Source: Firmicutes bacterium UBA4795 (GTDB lineage: Bacteria > Bacillota > Desulfotomaculia > Desulfotomaculales > Nap2-2B). Taken from it: a stretch of 64,000 bases of DNA. Positions within the stretch are counted from its first letter, which is position 1. Each line of letters begins with the position of its first letter. The translations under genes and the position numbers were made by a program. The stretch spans positions 9,150 to 73,149 of the forward strand of contig DHGP01000018.1 of the NCBI GenBank assembly GCA_002402825.1, given 5' to 3'. Below the pieces are notes generated by a model. The model did no database searches, was not told the origin of the DNA, and worked only from the letters and a program-made list of their open reading frames with translations. This document shows positions 16,594-26,316 of this stretch, piece by piece.

Positions 16594-17184
16594 ATGAAAT
16601 TCAATAATGAAATACACCATCGAAGGTCAATTAGATTAAAGGATTATGATTATTCACGGGCAGGTGCGTATTTCGTGACAATATGCACACACAATAGGGA
16701 ATGTCTATTTGGTGAGATTTTAAGTGGGAAGATGATAATAAATGATTTTGGAAGAATTGCCTACGATGAGTGGCTTAATACATTTCAGATACGAAGCAAT
16801 GTTGAATTAGATAAATTTGTCGTGATGCCCAACCATATCCACGGCATCATGATTATAAATTGTAGGGGCGTATGGCCATACGCCCCTACATTAGGATTAC
16901 AATATAATCGCGGGATGGGTATTTCGCAATGTCACCCTACAGCGGAATTTCGGTCACCATCCCAAACGATTGGTGCAATCGTGCGAGGTTATAAGTCAGC
17001 AGTTACTAAAAAAATAAATACATTGCGAAATACACCCAAAATGCCCTTTTGGCAACGTGCTTATTACGAACATGTGATTAGAAATGAAGATGATTTAAAC
17101 CAGGTTCGAGAATACATTATAAACAATCCCCTAAAATGGGAGCTAGATCGGGAAAATCCCAGTAATATAGAAAAAAGGAAGTAG
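16594..17184 (+). CDS. REP-associated tyrosine transposase-like protein (Y1/HUH, IS200/IS605 superfamily)
   Basis: HUH motif MPNHIHGIM and C-terminal FWQRAYYEHVIRNEDDLNQVREYIINNP. 196 aa. Wedged between hsdS and hsdM. Confidence 0.8.
   Translation: MKFNNEIHHRRSIRLKDYDYSRAGAYFVTICTHNRECLFGEILSGKMIINDFGRIAYDEWLNTFQIRSNVELDKFVVMPNHIHGIMIINCRGVWPYAPTLGLQYNRGMGISQCHPTAEFRSPSQTIGAIVRGYKSAVTKKINTLRNTPKMPFWQRAYYEHVIRNEDDLNQVREYIINNPLKWELDRENPSNIEKRK
16862..16889. repeat. Family A REP, perfect 28-nt palindrome, inside the RAYT-like CDS
   Basis: GTAGGGGCGTATGG|CCATACGCCCCTAC, translated in frame as CRGVWPYAPT. Confidence 0.9.
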
Positions 17185-17192
17185 GATATAAT

Positions 17193-18648
<1,456 letters not shown>

Positions 18649-18697
18649 TACCTTGATTCTTTAATAACTTAATCCTTAACCTAAAATAATTTTTTTG

Positions 18698-18726
18698 TTG
18701 ACACAACTAACGTATCTAGATATTCT
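18698..18726 (+). promoter_or_regulatory. Putative promoter of the MoxR gene
   Basis: TTGACA, a 17-nt spacer, then TATTCT. Confidence 0.35.
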
Positions 18727-18759
18727 TTTAAGGGAATTATTATAGGGAGGATAAGAAAA

Positions 18760-19632
18760 GTGAAACCTGCCCCAACTTTTGAAAGTACCAGCAGCTATTT
18801 GGTTTCTGACGACCTCAAGGACGTGGTAAATGTAGCTATTGCCATAGGAAGACCTTTATTAATAAAAGGGGAACCGGGCACCGGTAAAACTATGCTGGCC
18901 AAAGCAATTGCTGATTCACTGGGACTGCCGCTAATTACCTGGAATATTAAATCCACCACCAAGGCTCAGGAAGGCCTTTACGTATATGATACAGTTCAAA
19001 GGCTGTACGATAGTCAATTTGGCGATCACGATGTTTCAGACATTAAACAGTACATCAAGCTGGGTAAATTAGGCGAAGCCTTTTTATCAGAGAAAAAAAC
19101 TGTTTTATTAATAGACGAAATAGATAAGGCCGACTTAGAATTCCCTAACGATTTGCTTTGGGAACTGGATATTATGAGTTTTTATATTCCAGAGATTAAG
19201 GAAACAATAGCCGCGAAACAAAGACCGGTGGTGGTAATTACCAGCAACGCTGAAAAAGAATTACCCGACGCATTTTTAAGACGCTGTGTCTTTCACTATA
19301 TTAGTTTCCCGGATGAGGAAATGATGGAAAGAATTATTCGGGTACACTTTCCGAATTTAGAAAACAAATTACTCCAGGAAAGCTTAAAGGCTTTTTATTG
19401 GGTAAGAAGTATAAGCGGCCTGCATAAAAAACCAAGTACCAGTGAGTTGTTGGATTGGATTTTAGCTTTAATCTCAGGAGGAATACGTTCGGAAAAAATT
19501 TGTGCCGAAATGCCTTTTTTAGGTGTTTTGTTAAAAAAGAATAAGGATTACGACTTGGTTTTACAAAAACTAGCAAGTTCAGGAAAACAAAAGCCTGCTG
19601 CAGCTACAGGATACGGACAAAAAAACTGGTAA
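18760..19632 (+). CDS. MoxR-like AAA+ ATPase
   Basis: Walker A GEPGTGKT and Walker B VLLIDEIDKAD. GTG start with a GGGAGGA SD. Confidence 0.8.
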   Translation: MKPAPTFESTSSYLVSDDLKDVVNVAIAIGRPLLIKGEPGTGKTMLAKAIADSLGLPLITWNIKSTTKAQEGLYVYDTVQRLYDSQFGDHDVSDIKQYIKLGKLGEAFLSEKKTVLLIDEIDKADLEFPNDLLWELDIMSFYIPEIKETIAAKQRPVVVITSNAEKELPDAFLRRCVFHYISFPDEEMMERIIRVHFPNLENKLLQESLKAFYWVRSISGLHKKPSTSELLDWILALISGGIRSEKICAEMPFLGVLLKKNKDYDLVLQKLASSGKQKPAAATGYGQKNW

Positions 19633-19775
19633 GAAAAACGATAAGGGGAGTAATCTACCTTCGTTAATGGTAGTTTTTTTCTCTTAAGATTATTAAGTGC
19701 TCCCTAGAAATATTCTATAAATATAGGAGATAGGAGCCGAAATTTTAAATCAGGCCCAGTTTAGGAGTAAGGTTA

Positions 19776-20972
19776 TTGTTTAGTGGTTTTTTTTATTTAC
19801 TTAAACAAGAAGGAGTCCCGGTTTCCCTAAATGAATGGATGATGTTAATGGAAGCCCTGGATAAAGGTCTGGCCCAAAATAGCCTTCTGGGTTTTTATTA
19901 TCTGGCGCGGGCTTTACTGGTAAAAAGCGAAGCGTATTACGACCGTTTTGACCAGGCATTTCAACAATACTTTAAGGGGATTGAAGCTTCACCTAAAATA
20001 GCCGAAAAAGTAATGAAATGGTTGGAACGTTCTTTGCCCCCATTATGGATGGACCCCGTGCAAAGGGAAAAACTTTTTTCCTGGGACCTGGACACCTGGC
20101 GTAAAAAATTAGCTGAACTTATAGCGCAGCAAACAGGGGAACATCACGGTGGTTCACGTTGGATTGGTACGGGAGGCACCTCACCCTTTGGCCATTCAGG
20201 TTATCACCCGGCCGGGGTGCGCATTGGGGGCGAATCTTTAAATCTTTCCGCCGTTAAAGTAGCTGCCCAGCGCCGCTACCGCGATTTTCGCAACGATGAA
20301 ACTTTAAATACTAGGCACTTTGAACTGGCCTTACGAAAGCTACGTACCCTTGGGCACCAGGACGAAGGGCCAAAAGATGAACTGGATCTAGAAAACACTA
20401 TTGACGCTACCTGCCGTAACGCCGGGTATTTAAAAATAATTTGGACCCGGCCGCGGAAAAACACCGTGAAATTATTAGTTTTAATGGATTCCGGTGGCTC
20501 CATGGACCCTTACGCTAGGCTTTGCGCTCAACTTTTTAATGCCGTGCACAAAGTTGGCCACTTTAAAGACCTGAAATTTTATTATTTTCATAACTGTGTT
20601 TACGAAAAGATTTACCTTGACCCATATTGCTACCGCTTTGCCTCTCTGCCTACTTTGGAGATGCTACAAAATTTGGATCAAGATTATTACTTAATTATTG
20701 TCGGCGACGCTAGCATGGCTCCCAGTGAACTGTTAATGGTGGGCGGAGTAATTGATTGGTACGACTTTAATGGTGAAACAGGGCTGTCCTGGCTGGAAAG
20801 ACTGGCGGCACACTTTCCCCGTTCGGTTTGGCTGAACCCTGTCCCCCAAAAAACTTGGACCTATGCCTGGGGGAAGGAAACAATTAAAGCAATCAGTAAG
20901 ATATTTCCAATGTTTGAGCTAACCGTGGAAGGGTTGGAACAGGCGGTAAAAAAACTTAAAGTCCGCCACTAA
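19776..20972 (+). CDS. VWA-domain protein (CoxE-like partner of MoxR ATPases)
   Basis: 398 aa with a MIDAS-like LVLMDSGGSM. Has the conserved pairing with the upstream AAA+ gene. Confidence 0.65.
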   Translation: MFSGFFYLLKQEGVPVSLNEWMMLMEALDKGLAQNSLLGFYYLARALLVKSEAYYDRFDQAFQQYFKGIEASPKIAEKVMKWLERSLPPLWMDPVQREKLFSWDLDTWRKKLAELIAQQTGEHHGGSRWIGTGGTSPFGHSGYHPAGVRIGGESLNLSAVKVAAQRRYRDFRNDETLNTRHFELALRKLRTLGHQDEGPKDELDLENTIDATCRNAGYLKIIWTRPRKNTVKLLVLMDSGGSMDPYARLCAQLFNAVHKVGHFKDLKFYYFHNCVYEKIYLDPYCYRFASLPTLEMLQNLDQDYYLIIVGDASMAPSELLMVGGVIDWYDFNGETGLSWLERLAAHFPRSVWLNPVPQKTWTYAWGKETIKAISKIFPMFELTVEGLEQAVKKLKVRH

Positions 20973-20975
20973 GCA

Positions 20976-22229
20976 ATGAAAAAAATTAAAATAAGGCTGG
21001 TTATTTTACTTTTTTTTGTTTTTATGTTTCCCCTTTTTTTAGAGGCAAGCACTACTCAAGCTCCGGATATTGATGGTGAAGCGGCTGTATTAATGGATGC
21101 CCGTAATAAGCAAATACTCTACCAAAAAAATATGCATTGTTTGATGTATCCGGCCAGCACAACAAAAATATTAACGGCTGCGGTAGCGTTAGAAAAAGGT
21201 AAGCTTGACGATACAGTTACCATACCGCGGGCAGCCTGCTTGCAAGACGGCTCGTCTATTGGCCTGCAGGAAGGAGAACAATTATCCTTAAGTGACCTCT
21301 TATATGCTTTAATGTTAGCCTCGGGCAATGATGCCGCTACAGCCTTGGCTATGCACATTTCTAAGTCAGAGGTTGAATTTGCCGCCTTAATGAACGAATG
21401 GGCGCGCTCATGCGGGGCCAAAGAAAGCAATTTTGTTAATCCCAGCGGTTTGCCCAATCCTTTACACTTCACTACCGCTTACGATTTAGCCCTTATTACG
21501 CAAAAAGCCATGCAAAATCCTATTTTTCGGCAAATAGTAGCCCGTCGACTGGCAGTAATTCAAAGACCCCTGGCTGACCGCAGTAAAGGACCGCCGCAGG
21601 AACATTTATGGAATCATAACCGGTTGCTATCTCTTTACCTTGGAGCGATTGGGGTTAAAACAGGATATACGGTGGAAGCAGGCCAATGTATTGTGGCTCA
21701 AGCCAAGCGCGGGGATAAGGAGTTAATCGCGGTGGTTTTAAAGAGCCAGGGTTCGAATGTTTACCATGACGCCATTAATTTGTTGGACTACGGTTTTAAT
21801 AATTTTGTGGTTACCCCCGTAGTTACAAAAGGAGCAAAAATATCCTCTTTGAAAGTGCGGCAAGGGAAAGAGGAAGTAAATTTAGTGGCTAAAAATTCTT
21901 TTTATCTTAATTTTCCGGCCGGGCAAAATAAAAATTTACCTGACCAATCCTTTAGCCGCCAGGTTGTCTTAAATGGAAAACTTTGTGCTCCCCTCCCCAA
22001 AGGAAAAAGGGGAGGGGAATTAATCTTCCTTCAGGAAGGACTGGAATTGGGCCGGGTAGATTTGATAACCGACCGGTCAGTAGAAAAAAAATATCCTTTC
22101 TGGTTAGGATGGTTGACCTTGCTGGTATCATTATCAATTTTTATGCGCTTTTATGTTCGCGTAAAACGAAGGCGGGCGCAAAAAAATTATATATTCCGTA
22201 ATTACCTGATTAAAAGAAATGTTCGTTAA
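20976..22229 (+). CDS. D-alanyl-D-alanine carboxypeptidase (S11 low-MW PBP) with signal peptide and C-terminal anchor
   Basis: SxxK ASTTK, SxN SGN and KTG KTGYT. It starts 3 nt after the VWA stop. Confidence 0.88.
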   Translation: MKKIKIRLVILLFFVFMFPLFLEASTTQAPDIDGEAAVLMDARNKQILYQKNMHCLMYPASTTKILTAAVALEKGKLDDTVTIPRAACLQDGSSIGLQEGEQLSLSDLLYALMLASGNDAATALAMHISKSEVEFAALMNEWARSCGAKESNFVNPSGLPNPLHFTTAYDLALITQKAMQNPIFRQIVARRLAVIQRPLADRSKGPPQEHLWNHNRLLSLYLGAIGVKTGYTVEAGQCIVAQAKRGDKELIAVVLKSQGSNVYHDAINLLDYGFNNFVVTPVVTKGAKISSLKVRQGKEEVNLVAKNSFYLNFPAGQNKNLPDQSFSRQVVLNGKLCAPLPKGKRGGELIFLQEGLELGRVDLITDRSVEKKYPFWLGWLTLLVSLSIFMRFYVRVKRRRAQKNYIFRNYLIKRNVR

Positions 22230-22256
22230 TTTTTTTAGAGTAGGGGGAAAAAAATA

Positions 22257-23333
22257 ATGGACAAACCACCACAATTTATACCAGATTGCTTGGCTACTGG
22301 AATAGGGAGCTTGCCTTTTGACCAGCCTCAGACTGCTTTAAATCTTATCCTGGAATCATTTCCCCAAGCTCCTCACTGGCCACAACTTCCCCAGCGCGGC
22401 ATTCAAGAAGGTTTTGTGTTTCAATTTTTAAATCCGCTGGTCCAAACTGGTCTTTTGGAACTAAAAGTAAACCAGGCTTTTTTTACCAATGAACACCCTG
22501 CCTGGCCGGAGCGTTTAACGGAATTTTACCGCCTTTACCTGGCAGGTGAAGCTGGGGAGCGGGCGGCGCTTAAATTTTTCTCCATTCCGCCTAGTGCGGC
22601 TACCGGTTTTTACGCCTTCATTGAAACCATAAAAGAAACAGGAACCAGCCAGGCCCTTTATTTAAAGGGGCAATTGGTGGGCCCGGTTACTCTTGGGTTG
22701 CAGGTTAAAGATGCCAATGGAAACCTGGCTTATTATGACCCCCAGCTACGTGATATACTGGTCAAGACCTTGGCGTTAAATGCCCGCTGGCAAACAGGTC
22801 AGCTAACGAGCCTGGGCCGGCCGGCCGTAATTTTTATAGACGAACCGGCGATTAGTATTTACGGCCAATCCGGTTACATCACCGTTACTAAAGAAATGAT
22901 TAAAAATGACCTGACCGAAATTATTCAAGTCATAATTACTGCCGGCGGAAGAGCGGGGGTTCATTCTTGCGCTGCCCTTGACTGGACTATTTTATTTGAA
23001 ACCCACCCGGACATTGTTAATTTAGATGCATACAATTACGGCCATTCTTTGCTTCCATACGCCAAGGAATTAAATGACTTTTTAGCCTGGGGCGGGGTAA
23101 TGGCCTGGGGAATTACCCCTACTTCTGAAAAAGCCTTTACCGAAAACACGGCCACTTTAACCGCTAAATTACAGGCCCTCTGGTCTGAATTAACCGCAAA
23201 AGGCATCAATCCGAAAGTTTTAAAAAAACAGGCTATGATTACGCCGGCTTGCGGCACCGGTTTACTTGAGCCAGCTCTTGCCCGGCACATATACCGCTTG
23301 ACCAGCTTGACCGCCGGGCAAATTAAAGGATAA
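22257..23333 (+). CDS. MetE-like / URO-D-like TIM-barrel protein of unknown function
   Basis: Putative Zn ligands in GVHSCAAL and ITPACGTG resemble cobalamin-independent methionine-synthase C-domain proteins. Confidence 0.4.
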   Translation: MDKPPQFIPDCLATGIGSLPFDQPQTALNLILESFPQAPHWPQLPQRGIQEGFVFQFLNPLVQTGLLELKVNQAFFTNEHPAWPERLTEFYRLYLAGEAGERAALKFFSIPPSAATGFYAFIETIKETGTSQALYLKGQLVGPVTLGLQVKDANGNLAYYDPQLRDILVKTLALNARWQTGQLTSLGRPAVIFIDEPAISIYGQSGYITVTKEMIKNDLTEIIQVIITAGGRAGVHSCAALDWTILFETHPDIVNLDAYNYGHSLLPYAKELNDFLAWGGVMAWGITPTSEKAFTENTATLTAKLQALWSELTAKGINPKVLKKQAMITPACGTGLLEPALARHIYRLTSLTAGQIKG

Positions 23334-23346
23334 AAGGAGTTTTACC

Positions 23347-24165
23347 TTGTTGCCTGATTATCACTTACACACCTGGCGTTGCGGCCACGCTGCAGGTCAA
23401 ATGGAGGAATACCTCAAGACAGCCCGGCAAAAAGGCTTAACCGAGGTAGGTTTTGCCGATCATATACCCATGTACTGGCTTTTACCGGAACAGCGAGATT
23501 CCTCTTTAGCCATGCGGGAAGAAGAATTAGCGCTTTATCTTGCTGAAATAAGTCGGCTGCAGGCTAAAAATCCAGATTTGACGCTTAAAGTTGGCCTGGA
23601 AGTAGATTACATCCCGGGACGGGAAAAAGAACTGGCGCTTTTTTTAAATAAATACACCTTTGATTATCTTATTGGCGCGGTACATTACTTAAATGGTTGG
23701 GGCTTTGATCAGACAACCCAGCAGGCCGCTTATGCCAATAAAGACCCTATTGCTGTTTACCACCGGTATTTCAGCCTGCTGAAAGAGGCTGCATTATCCG
23801 GTTTATTTGACATTATGGCTCACCCAGATTTAATTAAAAAGTTTAATTATCGCCTAGTCGAAGAACCCAACGCATTATATCTGGAGGCGGCAAAGGCTTT
23901 TGCCCAAGCTGGTGTTTGCGTGGAAGTAAACACAGCCGGTTTGCGCGTTCCGGCGCGCGAGATTTACCCCTGCTTGAGTTTTTTAAAGATTTGCCAGCGG
24001 TGCGGTGTTCCTGCCACCGTCGGTTCAGACGCGCACCAGCCAGATCAGGTAGGATATGGATTTAAAGAAGCCGTCCAGCATTTAAAGCTGGCGGGATATC
24101 ATGAAGTTACGCTGTACTCTAGGCGTTACCGATACACCCATAATATTGTAAATTTTAAGTGGTAA
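23347..24165 (+). CDS. PHP-family histidinol-phosphatase (HisJ/HisK type)
   Basis: DYHLHTWRCGHA N-terminal metal motif and ...GSDAH near the C-terminus. Confidence 0.7.
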   Translation: MLPDYHLHTWRCGHAAGQMEEYLKTARQKGLTEVGFADHIPMYWLLPEQRDSSLAMREEELALYLAEISRLQAKNPDLTLKVGLEVDYIPGREKELALFLNKYTFDYLIGAVHYLNGWGFDQTTQQAAYANKDPIAVYHRYFSLLKEAALSGLFDIMAHPDLIKKFNYRLVEEPNALYLEAAKAFAQAGVCVEVNTAGLRVPAREIYPCLSFLKICQRCGVPATVGSDAHQPDQVGYGFKEAVQHLKLAGYHEVTLYSRRYRYTHNIVNFKW

Positions 24166-24213
24166 ATTTTAAATCTTAAATTAAAAAATTAAAAATATAA
24201 AAACGGCAAAAAA

Positions 24214-24240
24214 AGTCAGAAAACAAATCTGGCTTTTTTT
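24214..24240 (+). terminator. Intrinsic terminator
   Basis: AGTCAGA-AAACAAA-TCTGGCT (7 bp including one G-U) followed by T7. Confidence 0.6.
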
Positions 24241-24287
24241 AATTTTTTTAATTTTAAGCAGGAATTTTTTAGACCAGCTAGAATCTA

Positions 24288-24316
24288 TAAAGTGGGGAAT
24301 AGTAGTGTAAAGTGGT
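24288..24316 (+). promoter_or_regulatory. Candidate MraZ operator (three AGTGG/AGTAG boxes at 10-bp spacing)
   Basis: AAAGTGGGGA ATAGTAGTGT AAAGTGGTAG lies 30-55 nt upstream of the mraZ start. Confidence 0.35.
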
Positions 24317-24343
24317 AGATAGGGACAAAAGGAGCTAATCCGG

Positions 24344-24769
24344 GTGTTTATTGGTGAATACCAGCATACCATTGATTGCAAGGGAAGGCTTATTATACCT
24401 GCCTGTTTTCGGGAAGGCTTAACGGAGAAATTTATTTTAACTAAAGGTCTGGATAGCTGTCTTTTTGCTTACCCACCTTCTGAATGGATAGCCCTGGAAA
24501 ACAAAATGCGTGCTTTGCCTTTAAATAAAGCTGATGCCCGTGCCTTTATCCGTTTCTTTTTTGCCGGAGCCTGTGAATGCAGCTTTGACCGTCAGGGAAG
24601 AATATTAATTCCCGCTAATCTTCGTAAATATGCCGGGCTAGAAAGGGAAGTAATGGTTACGGGCGCATCAATGCACGTGGAAATCTGGGCCAAAGACCGT
24701 TGGGACCTTTACACCACAGAAGTAGCTAATAAAATAACTCAACTGGCGGAAAGTTTAATGGAGTTTTAG
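24344..24769 (+). CDS. mraZ: Transcriptional regulator MraZ
   Basis: MFIGEY start and two DxxGR repeats (DCKGRLIIP, DRQGRILIP). Confidence 0.92.
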   Translation: MFIGEYQHTIDCKGRLIIPACFREGLTEKFILTKGLDSCLFAYPPSEWIALENKMRALPLNKADARAFIRFFFAGACECSFDRQGRILIPANLRKYAGLEREVMVTGASMHVEIWAKDRWDLYTTEVANKITQLAESLMEF

Positions 24770-24806
24770 TTTTTTTTAAAATTAAAGTTTGACAAGGGTT
24801 AGGTTA

Positions 24807-25790
24807 ATGGAGGCAAATTATAATCAGGATTATTTACACCAACCGGTTCTTTTAAAAGAAGTCTTGGATGGCTTAAATTTAAAACCTGAGGGAATATACG
24901 TTGACTGCACTGTAGGTACAGGAGGACATAGCTTGGGGATCCTACGGTCTTGCGGGCATGAAGCCAGGCTGGTTGGTTTTGACCAGGATACTTTCGCCTT
25001 AGGCGTAGCTAAACAACGCTTGTCTTTTTACAAAAAACAAGTAATCTTAGTCCAGGAAAATTACATTAACTTGGCGCAAGTTCTTAAAAAATTAAGAATT
25101 AACGAGGTAGACGGCATACTTTTTGATTTAGGTGCCAGTTCCCTCCAACTGGATGACCCCCAGCGGGGTTTTAGCTACCAGTATGAAGGACCGCTGGATA
25201 TGCGGATGAATCCGGATAAATTAGTAACGGCGGCAAACCTGGTTAATAAACTTTCGGAAAAAGAACTGGCCACAATCATTTCCCGTTTTGGTGAGGAACG
25301 CTGGGCGAGACGGGTAGCTGCTTTTATTGTTCAGGATAGAAAACGCCAACCCATTGAAACAACCACTCAACTGGCAGAAATCATTAAAAAAGCTATTCCT
25401 GCCTCAGCCAGACGAACGGGTAAACACCCGGCTAAGCGCACCTTTCAAGCTTTACGTATTGCCCTTAATAATGAACTGGAAAACTTAGCGCAGGCATTGC
25501 CAGAAGCAGTAAATTTGTTAAAACCGGGTGGGCATCTTTGCGTGCTTTCCTATCATTCCTTGGAAGACCGTCTGGTTAAAAACACTTTTAAGAATTTGGC
25601 GGCTTCTTGCGAGTGCCCCCCTGAATTTCCCCTTTGTGTATGCAACAAGACTGCTTTAATTAAACAAATCACGCCGCAACCAATTACCCCATCACCAGAA
25701 GAAATTTTTCGAAATCCCCGCTCCCGAAGCGCCCGCTTAAGAATTGCTGAAAAATTATCCCCTGTTCTAAAAAGGAAGGAGGAAGCATAA
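24807..25790 (+). CDS. rsmH: 16S rRNA (cytosine1402-N4)-methyltransferase
   Basis: [10 protein letters not shown] and [10 protein letters not shown]. The ORF is open from TTG 24789; ATG 24807 was chosen by N-terminal length. Confidence 0.9.
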   Translation: MEANYNQDYLHQPVLLKEVLDGLNLKPEGIYVDCTVGTGGHSLGILRSCGHEARLVGFDQDTFALGVAKQRLSFYKKQVILVQENYINLAQVLKKLRINEVDGILFDLGASSLQLDDPQRGFSYQYEGPLDMRMNPDKLVTAANLVNKLSEKELATIISRFGEERWARRVAAFIVQDRKRQPIETTTQLAEIIKKAIPASARRTGKHPAKRTFQALRIALNNELENLAQALPEAVNLLKPGGHLCVLSYHSLEDRLVKNTFKNLAASCECPPEFPLCVCNKTALIKQITPQPITPSPEEIFRNPRSRSARLRIAEKLSPVLKRKEEA

Positions 25791-25793
25791 ATT

Positions 25794-26276
25794 TTGACTA
25801 AGGCCCAAAAACATGTATTTAGGCAAGAATTACCGGAAAAAAATGAACCGTTAATTAATCGAACCAGACATTATATTTTACCAACTAAAAAATTGTTAAC
25901 GTACGCCGGTTTAATTTTTGCGGGATTTTGTTTGGGACTGCTTACTATTTTCTTTTACACCCAGGTACAGACCACAAACTACCAAATTTACTGTTTAAAG
26001 GAAAACTTGGCGGTCTTAGATATGGAAACGCAAGAACTTTCGGGAAAACTGGCCCGCTTATCCTCCTTGGAAAAGGTAGAAGCAGCGGCCACAACCAGGC
26101 TGGGAATGGTTCCTGCCGATTACAGTAACGTTTTATTAGTTAAGGTGCCGGAGGAAAAAAAGAAGTCTGTGGCCACCGAAAAAGGAAATTTACCGGGTAG
26201 AACAACTAGACTAAACCATAAGCAGGCCCAAAACTGGTTAATTCAGGCCTTTGTGAATTTAGTCAATCGTTCCTGA
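25794..26276 (+). CDS. ftsL: FtsL-like cell-division protein
   Basis: Single TM (LLTYAGLIFAGFCLGLLTIFFY) plus a coiled coil, in the position after rsmH. Confidence 0.7.
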   Translation: MTKAQKHVFRQELPEKNEPLINRTRHYILPTKKLLTYAGLIFAGFCLGLLTIFFYTQVQTTNYQIYCLKENLAVLDMETQELSGKLARLSSLEKVEAAATTRLGMVPADYSNVLLVKVPEEKKKSVATEKGNLPGRTTRLNHKQAQNWLIQAFVNLVNRS

Positions 26277-26316
26277 CCAAAATACCGCGTCAATAAATGG
26301 TAGGAAGTGAAAGTAG

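Noticed and set aside
24181-24381. The 66-aa minus-strand ORF in the AT-rich spacer upstream of mraZ.
   Set aside because: It spans a terminator and the mraZ promoter/operator region. It is hydrophobic low-complexity sequence from AT-rich DNA, with no RBS.
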